A stretch of 63,038 nucleotides of DNA, filler included, from Octopus bimaculoides (lineage: Eukaryota), in NCBI RefSeq assembly GCF_001194135.2. It is 8 parts of 8 records of this genome, joined end to end, with 100 filler letters (N's around TTAATTAATTAA, not from the genome) between each part and the next. Parts side by side here need not be neighbours in the genome. Positions count along the whole stretch, not along the records: positions 33,009 to 49,014 come from NC_068989.1; positions 49,115 to 54,572 come from NC_068981.1; positions 54,673 to 61,001 come from NC_068993.1; 5 more parts are not named here. One strand, 5' to 3'. The notes below the pieces were generated by a model. The model was not told where the DNA came from. It ran no database searches and worked only from the letters and a program-made list of their open reading frames with translations. The position numbers and the translations under genes are program-made. Shown here one piece after another: positions 48,996 to 60,762 of this stretch (positions are counted from its first letter, which is position 1; every line of letters begins with the position of its first letter).

Positions 48996-49484
48996 ATAAA
49001 TATATATATATATANNNNNNNNNNNNNNNNNNNNNNNNNNNNNNNNNNNNNNNNNNNNTTAATTAATTAANNNNNNNNNNNNNNNNNNNNNNNNNNNNNN
49101 NNNNNNNNNNNNNNGGGGGAGGGGGAGGATCATCTGCAGACTGTTGGACGCTCTTCTATGTATGTGTTTATGTGTGTCTGGCTAGTTGTACCATCTCTCT
49201 CTCTCCCCTCTCTATATATCTATCTATCTCTATTCATCTATGTCTTCCTCTCTCACCCTCTCTTTTCTCTCTTCTTTCTCCTTCACTCTCTTTCACTAAT
49301 TACACACACACATATATATATAATTAAATATGCAACCGAAACAGCTGCTAATAGTTTCATGCTATTGTGATACTTGACTTGAACAGACATATTTATAAAA
49401 TACTCCATGTATCTTAAAGCAATCTTTGAGACTCTCTTATTGCGTTATATATGTATGTATGTATTATGTAAGTATGTTCCTAGT

Positions 49485-49900
49485 GAAGGTACATGGGTCA
49501 GTGGTTAGAGCGTCGAGCTTACGATCGTGAGGTTGTGAGTTCGAATCCCGGACCGACCTGCGTGTTGTGTTCTTGAGCAATACACTTTATTTCACGTTGC
49601 TCCACTTAACTCAGCTGTAGAAATGTGTTGCGACGTCACTGGGGGGGCCAAGCTGTATCGGCTCCTTTGCCTTTCCCTTGGATAACATCGGTGGCATGGA
49701 GAGGGGAGGCCGGTATNNNNNNNNNNCAAGCTGTATCGGCTCCTTTGCCTTTCCCTTGGATAACATCGGTGGCATGGAGAGGGGAGGCCGGTATGCATGG
49801 GCGACTGCTGGTCTTCCATAAACAACTTTGCCTGGACTTGTGCCTGGGAAGGTAACTTTCTTGGTGCAATCCCATGGTCAGTCACGACCGAAGGGGGTCT
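49485..49900 (+). mobile_element. tRNA-derived SINE (family B head, different tail)
   Basis: tcagtggttagagcgtcg..gagttcgaatcccggacc head. A homolog lies at 57970-58290. Confidence 0.7.
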
Positions 49901-50536
49901 CAGCATGTATGTTCCTACGACCCATATTGGCACTAGACATCTAGTGTTGGCTTGTCTCTGGATCATGTCAACAGGGTGGAAAGGGTCGGTGAAGTGATGT
50001 GCAAGCCTTATTGAATCTAAAATTTTAGGTTGCGCAATCAATGTTGGGCCGACTTTCTGTTGTCCGGTCGAGTAGAAGGGCACCGCGGCGAACATGGAAG
50101 CCGCAGGCGCGAACCCGGATGAAGTCGACTGCGTGTGCAATAACCTCATGCATCGTAATTGCTGACATTTTTTCATGGGAAGCGTTCAGGGATGGCCTCC
50201 CTCGGTCACGTGTGAACAGGTTTCATGTGTGTTCTCCTTTTCTTTTTAATTTAGAGTAAATTTTGAACGGGCAATTAACTTGTTTTGTTTTGTTCATTAT
50301 CCTTTAAATCTTAAGAAGTTTGTGCAGATATTGCGACCTTTTGTAAAGTATGAATTAAGGATTTGCGTTCTCTCCCCCACAAGCCCCAAATTCAGCCATA
50401 CTTTGCTCCAGACGGTTTGGTATATAAATGTATATGATTCTGGGAAATTCATAAATCAAAAATCAGAGACGAAAAATCCAAAGACGATTCTTTAGAGATT
50501 TAATATTTTAGCAAAGAAATTCTGCTTTCGCTAATC

Positions 50537-50583
<47 letters not shown>

Positions 50584-50959
50584 CGTGCGTGCGTGTATGA
50601 ATATTTATATATATGTATGTATATGCGGATGTACGTAAGTTTCTGTATGTAAACAACGTTAAGTCGCACGTGCATACATGACTAGTTGGATCCCAGGGAG
50701 AGCAGTTTTTGAGTAAGGCAAACAGTTCTGCAGGGGTGGGGTTGAAAGACAGAAGACACACAGCCTGAGCAAGTTAAGGGCTACCAAAAGGTTTCTTATT
50801 TATTTCTCCTGATGAAATCGATGCTTTTCCGTTGCGAATTTTTGGCTAATTTGAGTGTTTAAGTAAATAAATAAACAACAGATCTGGCTATGAGTTGGCA
50901 GCATAGATTTTAGATGGATATATAAGATGCGTGGACGGACGGTCGAACATGGGTATATA

Positions 50960-50995
<36 letters not shown>

Positions 50996-51446
50996 GACCA
51001 ACAGTCACCTGACAGTAAATCAAAACCATTTAATTCCATGATTTATCTATGTTTAACAACTGAATGAATTTAATAGAAGCATCTAAATATGAAACGTCAT
51101 GAAATTTGTTCAAACTGAAATCTTTCTTGGAACAACACGTTTTCCTATTCGAATCAATACAGAATTACAGATAGTGTTTATGGAATTTTGATTTACTGTC
51201 AAGTGACTTTTGGCCGCTCGAAATAAGGACTAGAAAAATAGCCGACAACTGATGAAGGGTCGTTCCTTGTGTTGCTTGTCTTGCTTTCCCATTTGTTTCT
51301 TTCGTTGCTTACAAAAAAAGCCTTTATTCCATCTCCTAGTACTTCGAATTATTTGTTTATGTTTTGTGACGTCCTGTGCCCACAAATGCATATGTATATA
51401 CGTAAACATGTAAGTATGTACGTATACGTATGTACGTATACGTATG

Positions 51447-51482
<36 letters not shown>

Positions 51483-51529
51483 ATATATATATATATATTA
51501 TCTATGTTATTATTACTATTATATATATA

Positions 51530-51930
51530 TACTCTTTTACTTGTTTCAGTCATTTGACTGCAGCCATGCTGGAGCACCGTCTTTAGTCGAGCAAATCGAC
51601 CCCAGGACTTATTCTTTGGAAGCCTAGTACTTATTCTATCGGTCTCTTTTGCCGAACCGCTAAGTTACGGGGACGTAAGCACACCAGCATCGGTTGTCAA
51701 GCGATGTTGGGGGACAAACACAGACACACAAACATATGCACACACATACATATATATACATATATACGACGGTCTTCTTTCAGTTTCCGTCTACCAAATC
51801 CACTCACAAGGCTTTGGTCGGCCCGAGACTACAGTAGAAGAGACTTCCCGAAGGTGCCATGCAGCGATACTGAACCCGGAACCATATGGTTGGCAAGCAA
51901 ACTACTTACCACACAGCCACTCCTGAGCCT
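51530..51930 (-). mobile_element. Full-length family-C SINE
   Basis: Reverse complement of 28590-28965. Confidence 0.8.
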
Positions 51931-52569
51931 ATGTATATGTATTTTAGGTTCTGGTATTTAATCTTTTATCTCGTGTTCTTTGTCTACCATTCTTGTATCA
52001 AACGAGCGTACATCATCACCTTTTCAACCGCCATCTTTATTGAGTACAACATTACCGCGGTTTCGCTGTTTTATTTGTCTCTTCACTTGGACTTTAATAT
52101 CTCATCATATATTTTACATGGTTTTGTTCAAGGATGTGTTCGTATTTATGCTCATACCATTATTCCACATTTTCAAAGCCATATTTTTATTGATTTGCCA
52201 ATATTTGTAACAAGCTTCTCATGCCTCCAGCTCTTATAGATACTCAGAGCAAGCATTTCACACCCAGAAAGGACCTGCGCAAACGTCTTTTCTCTTTCTA
52301 TATTCACACATTTTAACTTTAGCCATGATGTCTTCCTTATCTATGATCTTCCTGATGTCTCTTGCTCTGATTGTTTGATCCTGCGCAGCTAAGATCAAGC
52401 CCTCTGCCTCCCCTCCTTCACTCCATCCCCCCTCTCTTTCTCTTTCTCTATTTATCTATCTATCTATCTACCTGTCTATCCATCTCCCCCCTTTCTCTTT
52501 CTCTTTCCCTATTTATCTATCTATCTATCTATCTACCTGTCTATCTATCTGTCTCTGTATCTATTTCTT

Positions 52570-52900
52570 TAACATTCCCTTCTTGAGGTATTTGAAATAA
52601 TTTCTGATCTTGATACCCATCTGTACTTTTGAAAAATCTTTCTGTTGCAAACGTCTCTGTTCGCATCGCTGCTTTATAAGCTCTGAGAATTTTGCATTTT
52701 TCTCTTCCTTCAGTTAACGTATCCTTTTTGTTTTTGTTTTTTCTTACTGCCATCAAACGCGCCTTTTCACTGTCAGCAACGTATTTCCTTAAATCTTTTC
52801 TTCCTCCATTCTTTCTAGTGAGATACAGATGTCGCCAGGTTTCAACGGAAATCTGTCGACATCTGCATGTGGGTGTAAGGGTTTGAAGATTGTCAGCAAT
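52570..52900 (-). mobile_element. R4/Dong-like LINE fragment
   Basis: RHLYLTRKNGGRKDL.KYVADSEKARL resembles the RLY.PR..GGRGL region. Confidence 0.45.
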
Positions 52901-53224
52901 TCCGTTGTTCTTCCAATCTGTCAATGTTTGGATTTTAATGGTTGAAGGGGAAAACTGACAAGGGAAGATGCACCTCAACGAAAGGAATATGGCTTTTAGA
53001 AAATTTAATAATGAGACACAGTAAAGATGTCAGAAAGATGAGAGATAAATGAAGGGAGTGGGTTTTGATGACGATCAGAATATTCAGGAGCAGAAACCGT
53101 TGTAGACACGGAAAAGAAGCAGAAGATATANNNNNNNNNNNNNNNNNNNNNNNNNNNNNNNNNNNNNNNNNNNNNNNNNNNNNNNNNNNNNNNNNNNNNN
53201 NNNNNNNATATATATATATATATA

Positions 53225-53350
53225 AACAATGACGAAGACAGGTGAAGGAACAACAAGCAAGTGTATTAGTTTGACGCTCGGGAAAATATGGAAAAGTCTT
53301 TTACGTTTCGAGCCTACGCTCTTCGATAGAAAAGAATAAGAGGAAATAAA
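53225..53350 (-). mobile_element. Second copy of the hammerhead-bearing short repeat
   Basis: Reverse-complement homolog of 21975-22150. Confidence 0.5.
53298..53333 (-). ncRNA. Second, more degenerate hammerhead-like motif
   Basis: Reverse strand reads UUUU-CUAUCGA-A-GAGC(GUAG)GCUC-GAAAC-GUA-AAAG. Same repeat family as 22004; the core also has G5A. Confidence 0.4.
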
Positions 53351-53419
53351 TAGAGAGAGAATATTTTAAATGTGTAGAGTTCAGCGGTCCAACATGGTGA
53401 ATGTAGTATATACACTGTA

Positions 53420-53740
53420 GTGAATGCGCGTGGCTCAGTGGTTAGACTAATTGGATCGCGATCGTAAGGCCGTGAGTTCGATTCCTGGCAGCGCGTTGTG
53501 TCCTTCAATGTGACACTTTATTTTACGTTTCTTGAGTCCACTCAGCTAGCAAAAAATGAGTAGTACCTCTGTTTCAAAGGGGCACATTTGTCACATTCTG
53601 AATCTCCTTGAGAGCTACGTTAAGGGTACATGTGTCTGTGGAGTGCTCAGCCACCTGCATGTTAATTTCATGAACAGGCTGTTTGTTGCGTTGATCGGAT
53701 CAACTGGAACCCTCGTCGTCGTAACCAACGGAAAGCCAGT
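53420..53740 (+). mobile_element. tRNA-derived SINE (family B)
   Basis: gcgcgtggctcagtggttag..gagttcgattcctgg..gtgtcctt..ccactcagct..ttgatcggatcaactggaaccctcgtcgtcgtaac. Related copies at 1-90, 20995-21150, 22760-22900 (-), 33990-34140, 34535-34760 (-), 54205-54520 (-) and 18977-19085 (-). Confidence 0.75.
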
Positions 53741-54674
53741 ATGTACACTGTACTTTTTTTATGGTTTGTTCGGACGGAACGGACTGTGCCAATGGTTTTT
53801 GCAGAGCCTCCAAGATCAGTTAGGTTGACACTGTCCTCTTTGAAGAATTACTTGTTGATGGCTACAAGAAAATAAACATGAACGGATGGGGAAGATTCTA
53901 ATATGACTGACACCAGGAACAAGGAATGATCAATGTGGTAAACGCGAGGTCAGAAAAGGATATGATGCGGGATCAGCCAGCTCAGATAAGCAGCGGCTAT
54001 TATAGTAGCGACACAAAGAATAGAATGAGGTGACAGCGCAGTTGCGGGTGAGATGCTGGAGTGTGTTGGTCAGTGACGTCATGCCAATCAGTCGAGTCAC
54101 TTTTTGTGTCGCAGGAGAACTGAGATACCCGTATGTGTTGTAAGAGTAATAATCACAGATGTGAGAACACTCTCCCATTGTGGGTCTCACTTAAGTTTTG
54201 TATTTTTAAACTGGCACTCCGTCGGTTACGACGACGAGCGTCCCAGTTGATCCGATCAACCGAACAACCTGCTCCTGAAATTAACGTGCAAGTGGCTGAG
54301 TACTCCACAGATACGCGTACCCTTAACGTTGTTCTTGCGTGACACAGAATATAACAAGGCTGGCCCTTTGAAATACAGGTACTACTCATTTATACCAGCT
54401 GAGTGGACTGGAGCAACGTGAAATAAAGTGTCATGTTCAAAGACACAACGTGCCGCCGAGAAACGAACTCCCGACCTTACGATTGTGAGCCGAATGCACT
54501 AACCGCTTGGCCATACGCTTTCTAAGCTTTGTATAAGGTTAAGACAGCAAATTTGTCTAACTTCAAATTTACNNNNNNNNNNNNNNNNNNNNNNNNNNNN
54601 NNNNNNNNNNNNNNNNTTAATTAATTAANNNNNNNNNNNNNNNNNNNNNNNNNNNNNNNNNNNNNNNNNNNNTG

Positions 54675-54992
54675 GCATGTGTAAGGACTTTCGAGCGACA
54701 CCGTTGCCAGTGCCCCTGGACTGGCTCTTGTGCAGGTGGCACATAAAATACACCATTTTGAGCGTGGCTGTTGCCAGTACCGCCTGACTGGCCTTCGTGC
54801 TGGTGGTACATAAAAGCACTCACTACACTCTCTGAGTGGTTGGCGTTAGGAAGGGCATCCAGTTGTAGAAACTCTGCCAAATCAGATTGGAGCCTGGTGT
54901 AGCCTTCTGGTTTCACCAGTCCTCAGTCAAATCGTCCAACCCATGATAGCATAGAAAGCAGACGTTAAACGACGATGATGATGATGATGATG
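54675..54992 (+). mobile_element. RTE 3'-UTR copy with (GAT)n tail
   Basis: cgttgccagtgcccctggactggc...aggaagggcatccag...gacgttaaacgacgatgatgat. Confidence 0.85.
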
Positions 54993-54999
54993 AATGGAA

Positions 55000-56400
55000 T
55001 AAAGTGTTGAGGTCATACTCTAAGCACGAAATTCATTTTCACATTTTATACATGTGTTCTTGGTGACTATTTGAGGAAGTCTTTTGATAAAGAAGATTGA
55101 TTACTGTTGAAATGTGGCTATGCCACTTGTAACATGTAGTCTGCTGAGAGTGTTCTTCATCCTGCTAATTACTTTCAGTAGTGTTTTACAACTTCATTTC
55201 TAGTTTATAATGAATACAAATGTTTATTAATCTAATTTGTTTAATTTCCTTTTTGGTATGTTTTGATGTGTTTTGAGGTTATTTCTAGTTCTGTTAGATT
55301 GGTTGTTTTAACTTTGTTATTAGTATCGTCATTTTGTCTTTTTGTGGATTATATATCTTGGATGCTTTTCCAATTATTTTGTTAAATGTATGTACTGCAG
55401 AATCTGTGTTGCTGATTTTGGAGTAGAGGAATTCCAAAAACCTGAATATTGTTTCTTGGTATAAGTGATTCAACTGAATTTTTTTGAAGTATTTAAAATG
55501 TTTTATTCATTGATGAGTATTTGGTGATAATGATTGGCAGGTGATTAGAGAAAAGGTGGGATATTGTTTGCCATTTGGTCATGATACTTGGTATGTGAAT
55601 GAGCAAATCTATAATCAAAGGTGTCTACTCATGACTATACTATGTTTTGTATATCTCAGATAACATTATCCAATGTGTCCATTCTGCTTTCAAAATTGTA
55701 GGATATGATTTTATGGGGGAATTGGCAGCTATTTCTTGCAGGTGAAACAACTATGTAGAAATTTCCTTATTTGCTTGACTTAAGTTTGTTGAGATATGAA
55801 GGTGTGTTGGTCATTTAGGATATAAAAGGACTTTAGATGTGATACTTCTTGTCTCTTGCCTGTGTTGATTTTGTGCCAGGAGGTGTTGCATGTATTGAAG
55901 TCTCTCAGTATTAGTGTTTGGGAGAGTATTAAAATAATTAGTAAGATTATGTTTCCTGGTAGGATGGTAGTGTTGGTTTTCATTTTGAATGCTTCTATTT
56001 CTATTGTACTTTCATGCTCTCTTTATAATCATGTACTGAATGTTGTAGTACCTATGTATTATTTTATTTGTGTAATGGGAGCTCCAGTTTATCTGAATGT
56101 CATCTATGATTTAAAGGGATTCTATGTTGGGTTTGTAGCATTATTTCTTGCATCATAGCAATGTTCACAGCATGAAGTTTTTAATTCTATATAAAAGTAA
56201 TTTTTAAACTGTTTGTATGTTCAACGTTTTGTATTACATGGTGTACATTAGTTACTTTGATGGTTGTGTATTTTGTGCGAAGTACTTTTGTTTTAGTTTT
56301 GTTTTGTCATTGTAGTGCTGTGTGCAGGCAACAAGTTCTTGTTAGTGCTGAGAGTTGCAAGTAAATAGGCATACTTGCAGTTTACTGTATTCTGAAATTT
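55000..56400 (-). mobile_element. Highly decayed APE-endonuclease LINE fragment
   Basis: TLILRDFNTCNTSWH..ILNDQHTF resembles the APE LILGDFN.H...W..LND motif. Confidence 0.4.
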
Positions 56401-56808
56401 TAAAAAGTTTTCTCCTTATCAAGATAGTGGGAATCGCTTCAAGGCAAATTTGGCTGCTAATTCTAAATTAAGTGGACAGGGCAGTTGAAGTTTTAGTACT
56501 AGTCGCTAGCCCTTTCAACTCTATTTGGAGTAAATTTGTAACTTGATTTGTAGCCAATCAACTGAAGTATTTATTTAATAATCAATCTGTCTTTATTGCA
56601 AAACCTGCAGTCTTGCATATAAGACATATAATCCTAGTTTATTGAAGAATGTATGATTTTTATTAGTTTGATCATCTGTAAAAAAAATGTTTCAGTCACT
56701 AGATTTGTCTATCTGTGAGCATAATGCAGCAGTTTCTGTCATAATATAAACAGTTACTCTCAAGTACAGTTGAAAAAGGAATGTATTATCAGGTTTTTCT
56801 CTCTTCTG

Positions 56809-56883
56809 TTCTACTGTTTTGGTTATTTTCCTGTTCTACTCTCTTAGTTATTTTCCTGTTCTACTGTCTTGGTTATTTTCCTG
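56809..56883 (+). repeat. 25-bp tandem repeat, 3 copies
   Basis: ttctactgtcttggttattttcctg variants. Confidence 0.75.
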
Positions 56884-58429
56884 TAGTTTTTATTAATTTT
56901 GTATTGTGATGTTTCCATCCATATATTAGCATTTATCTTAATGTCTCTGTAGATAATTTTATCTACGTAAATAAAACAAAATGAAACCACTTTTGCCATG
57001 GCTATTTTATATTTTGTGAAGGTATGTCCCAGTGTTCATTATTCTAGTGGGCATATATGTTGCTCATAATGCTTAGAAAACTACCTTCAGTTGATATGTT
57101 TACAGGGGAAGGTTGAGACTCATTATCCTGTAAATATAGTCTACATGAAATGTTGTGGAAACCATCCTGATTTATATTATTTTCTAGAGCATGATGGGGG
57201 TGCATCTGATCACCTAAAATTAGGTTAGTAGTTGAGTTGTACTAAAGACGTGGTCCATAATCTTGTGAATTTTATTTTGTCTTAGCAATTATTCTGCTTC
57301 TATTGCAGGATCCGCATAGGATCCGCATTTGCATCTTTGCATAATCATGTATCGCTTCATCTGACATTGGAAGTCTATTACAATTAGCCAGATCCCAAAG
57401 GATTTGCTTCCACTATGAGTAGGCTGATGATAGGAGATGAAATTTGAACAAAGAGTTGGAACAGATAGCATATTGTATCTCATTTAATGCTCTAACAATT
57501 CTATTTATCTACTTTATTTATCAACTATTTAAAAATGAAAAGCAAAGTTGACTTTGGTAGGATTTGAACTCAGAGTGCAAAGATACAAACTAATAAATCT
57601 GTCAATTTACAGCCTGCATGTTATTCTTTTGCATTATTTTTTCATACATTGAGTTCTATTGTACTTATGCATTATTTTTATCTTTGTAGGGCCGATTGAC
57701 AACTTTACAACAGTTCTAGTATTGTCTTGCATTACTGTGCACACCTGTAGACGCTATATTGAGAGTAGAAGTGTCAGCATCTATTCCTCAGCAACTATTT
57801 CTATACTTCATTATATTACAGGCTTTATTCACTACTTCTCATTATCTGCTATCCCAACAGTGGAATCAGTTGTCATTTGCAACAATACAAGTTAAGTTTT
57901 TCTTACATTTCATTGTCTTAATTTGTAAAACATACACCACACACACACATACACACACAGGGTAAGGGTAAAAGGTACATGGGTCAGTGATTAGAGTGTT
58001 AGATTCACAACCATGAGGTAGTGAGTTCAATTCTTGGACTAGGTTGTGTGTTGTGACCTTCAGCAAGACACTTTCTTTCATTTTGCCCCAGTCCACTCAG
58101 CTGTAGAAATGAATTGTGACATCACTGGTGCCAAGCTTTATTGGCTTTTGACTTTCTCTTGGGTAACATCAGTGGCATGGAGAGGGGGGGCTGGAATACA
58201 TGGGTAACTGCTGGTCTTCCATAAACAACCTTGCCTGGACTTGTGTCTCGGCTTCTAGGCGCAATCCCATGGTCATTCATGAACAAAAGTAATCCCCCCT
58301 CTCTCCATATATATATATATNNNNNNNNNNNNNNNNNNNNNNNNNNNNNNNNNNNNNNNNNNNNNNNNNNNNNNNNNNNNNNNNNNNNNNNNNNNNNNNN
58401 NNNNNNNNNNNNNNNNNNNNGAAGATTTA

Positions 58430-58762
58430 CAAAATTTCGGATAATCCTATATCTTAAGATTTCATGCTCTACAGTAGAAATTGTTTTGCAATCCTTTTCA
58501 GTTCTCTAATCATTACATTATACTGCGGGACATTATACTGCAATATTCTGCATTTGTCCGAGACGTTAACCATGCACCTTTTTTCCCTAACTGTTTCTTC
58601 CTCAGTTTTGATATATTTCTTTACTTGTATTCTTTCGCGGTCTTTACAACTTCTTTCTCCTCTCTTATGGCAGTTGAAATGAGTATTTTCTGTACTATTT
58701 CTCACGTACTCGTCTATGTCACTTTCTGCTATTTACACACCATCCTATATCGATATCAGTCA
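58430..58762 (-). mobile_element. R4/Dong-clade fragment continuing beyond the mariner
   Basis: LISI*DGV..AESDIDEYVRNSTE..*GKKVHG, equivalent to GL.SIED..E..L..YV..S.E..W..K.LHG. Confidence 0.5.
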
Positions 58763-58764
58763 CT

Positions 58765-59942
58765 TTACGCACTCCTGCCACTTTTGGAATCCGGCCTGGA
58801 AGTCGTTTTCAGTAAGCAAATCGAGGACCTTCTGCGAATCTTGACATCGGTGTTAAAACGACAACCTTTGAGCCGCATTTTCATCTTGGGAAAGAGATGA
58901 AAGTCTGCAGGCGCTAAATCTGGTGAATGGGCGGGTGCAAAAGCGATATCACGTTGTTTTTGGCGAGAAACTCATGAGTGAAGAGAGTTCGGTAACAGGG
59001 CACATTGTCATCGTGAAAAATCCAATTCTTTTGCACTCCACAGATGCGGTCGCTTTCGCCGAATGTCCTCCCTCAGACGCTTCAAAATGTCGCAGTAGAA
59101 CTCTCGATTGACCCAGAGGAACGAATTCTCGATACACAATACTGCGGATGTCGAATAAAAAAACGATTATTAGCATGCCCTTAATTGAGCTGTGGCTCTG
59201 TCGTACCTTCTTCGGTCGTGGAGATGAAGACCTCTTCCATTGTGACGGCTTCGTCTCGTAAACCCAACTCTCGTCACCAGTGATGATATCCTCGACATGA
59301 GGGATGGGTCACCAGCGGCACGCTGACGAAGATCTTCACAGACTTCGACGCGATATTCTTTCTGCTCAGTAGTCAGCAGTCAGAAGACAAACTTGGCAAA
59401 GACACGCAGCATGTTCAATTCAGACGTTAGGATTGCCTGCACAGACCCATACGACAAACCAACAATATCAACAATATTGTTGATTATCCTCCGATGATTC
59501 TCATGCACAAGCTGATGAATTTTCTCCACATTTCCAGGTGTGACGCTCGTGGTAAGTCTTCCAGATCGCTCATCGTCTTCCAGGACGTTCTTCCGCTTTC
59601 GAAGCGCCTGTACAACTCAAAATATTGCGTACGACCCATTGCTCCGTCGCTGTAAGCTTGCCGCAACATTCTCAATGTCTATGACGCAGACTTTCCAAGT
59701 TTAACGCAAAATTTCACGTGGGCTCTTTTGTTCCAGCTTCCTGTCTAGGACAAAATCGCAGACTACAGTATACACGTGATCACAAAAAGACAAATTTCAC
59801 CACTTGCGAAGTAAACACAGCGATGTCATTCGGCACTCTGCTTCATGAAGATCACTGCTAGCTCTCACTGCGCACGCAGCCGTCTACTGCCATCAGTTGG
59901 TGCGCTAGAGAACTAGTCTGGGAACTTTTCGATACCACCTCG
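58765..59942 (-). mobile_element. Decayed mariner (DD34D, irritans/Hsmar2-like) transposon lacking one TIR
   Basis: End reads TA-cgaggtggtatcgaaaagttcc on the minus strand. Frameshifted transposase: MLRQAYSDGAMGRTQ.FE.YRRF.SGR, SPRPKK, NWIFHDDNVPC, FQAGFQKW. Confidence 0.8.
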
Positions 59943-59944
59943 TA

Positions 59945-60330
59945 ATGACCCAATCATGACCATTATCTTTCTGGTTTTACGGTATATGTTTCTTAGTTCT
60001 TTCGTAGTCCAGTTCAGGATAGCAGCAGAATACCGTATTAGAAACACCCTCCATGTGTAAACTGCTGAAACGATTTTCCATCCATTAATTTTTCGGGTTA
60101 ATACCTTTTTAACTCCCAGAAATATTCATTCCTTACCTTCTTCATTTCCTGACAGAGAATTTTATCTGACTTCAATAAACCTAGGTATTGGCACCTTCAT
60201 TCATTGCTTTGATTAATGTTTCATCTGGGAGTTTAACTCTTGACATTTATCTGTTCCAAACTTCATATCAATGTCGTCAGTCACAACTCTAGTAGTCTTG
60301 AGTTGCCAAATAATTTCAGGTCATCCATAC
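59945..60330 (-). mobile_element. R4/Dong-clade RT fragment (upstream of the mariner insertion)
   Basis: (Y)MDDLKLF..DIDMKFGTDKC..YLG..IRYSAAILNWTTKEL..RKTRKIM. Confidence 0.7.
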
Positions 60331-60332
60331 AC

Positions 60333-60762
60333 ATTATTATTGCTGTTGTTGTTGTTGTTATTTTCGTTTGGCTCAAGTTCGGTCTTATTCCTAGTAGGAT
60401 TTATGTGGGTAACGAATTACTACTTGTAACCTTAGGTATCCACAAGTTTTCAGCAGTCTTTCAAGTGCTTAGGACCCTCTTGATAATCTTGGCTGTCCCT
60501 AAAAGACAAACGTTCTGTAGGAGCTCTACTGGGCATTCTATTTCAATCGCCCTCACCCATTTGTCTATATCTTGGCTTACTGTTCCCAGCGCATCAATTA
60601 TTAGAAGCACGACCTTTACTGTTCTCATGCTCCAAATTCTTCCAATTTCAAATTTTAAGGAATTGTACCTTTTTGTTTTTCTTTCTCTTTCTCTACGATC
60701 CTGGAATCAAACAGGCATGATGGGTCGATTAGTAAGGAATCAAATGGGCATGGTGGGTCGAT
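60333..60762 (-). mobile_element. 3' end of an R4/Dong-clade element (RLE endonuclease C-terminus, UTR, AAC/AAT tail)
   Basis: IDP.C.FDS..KRYNSLKFEIGRIWSM..VKVV..II.ALGTV..LLQ..CLLGTAKIIKRVLST* (stop at 60461-60463). Abuts (TAA)n at 60761-60784. Confidence 0.8.

Noticed and set aside
49485-49560. tRNA genes
   Set aside because: The A/B-box segments are SINE heads followed by family-specific bodies; no complete cloverleaf was seen.
51225-51270. GAAA...CUGAUGA near 51230-51256 as a permuted hammerhead (also CUGAUGA at about 50808 and on the minus strand at about 41690)
   Set aside because: No convincing stems I and III, or no GAAA partner.
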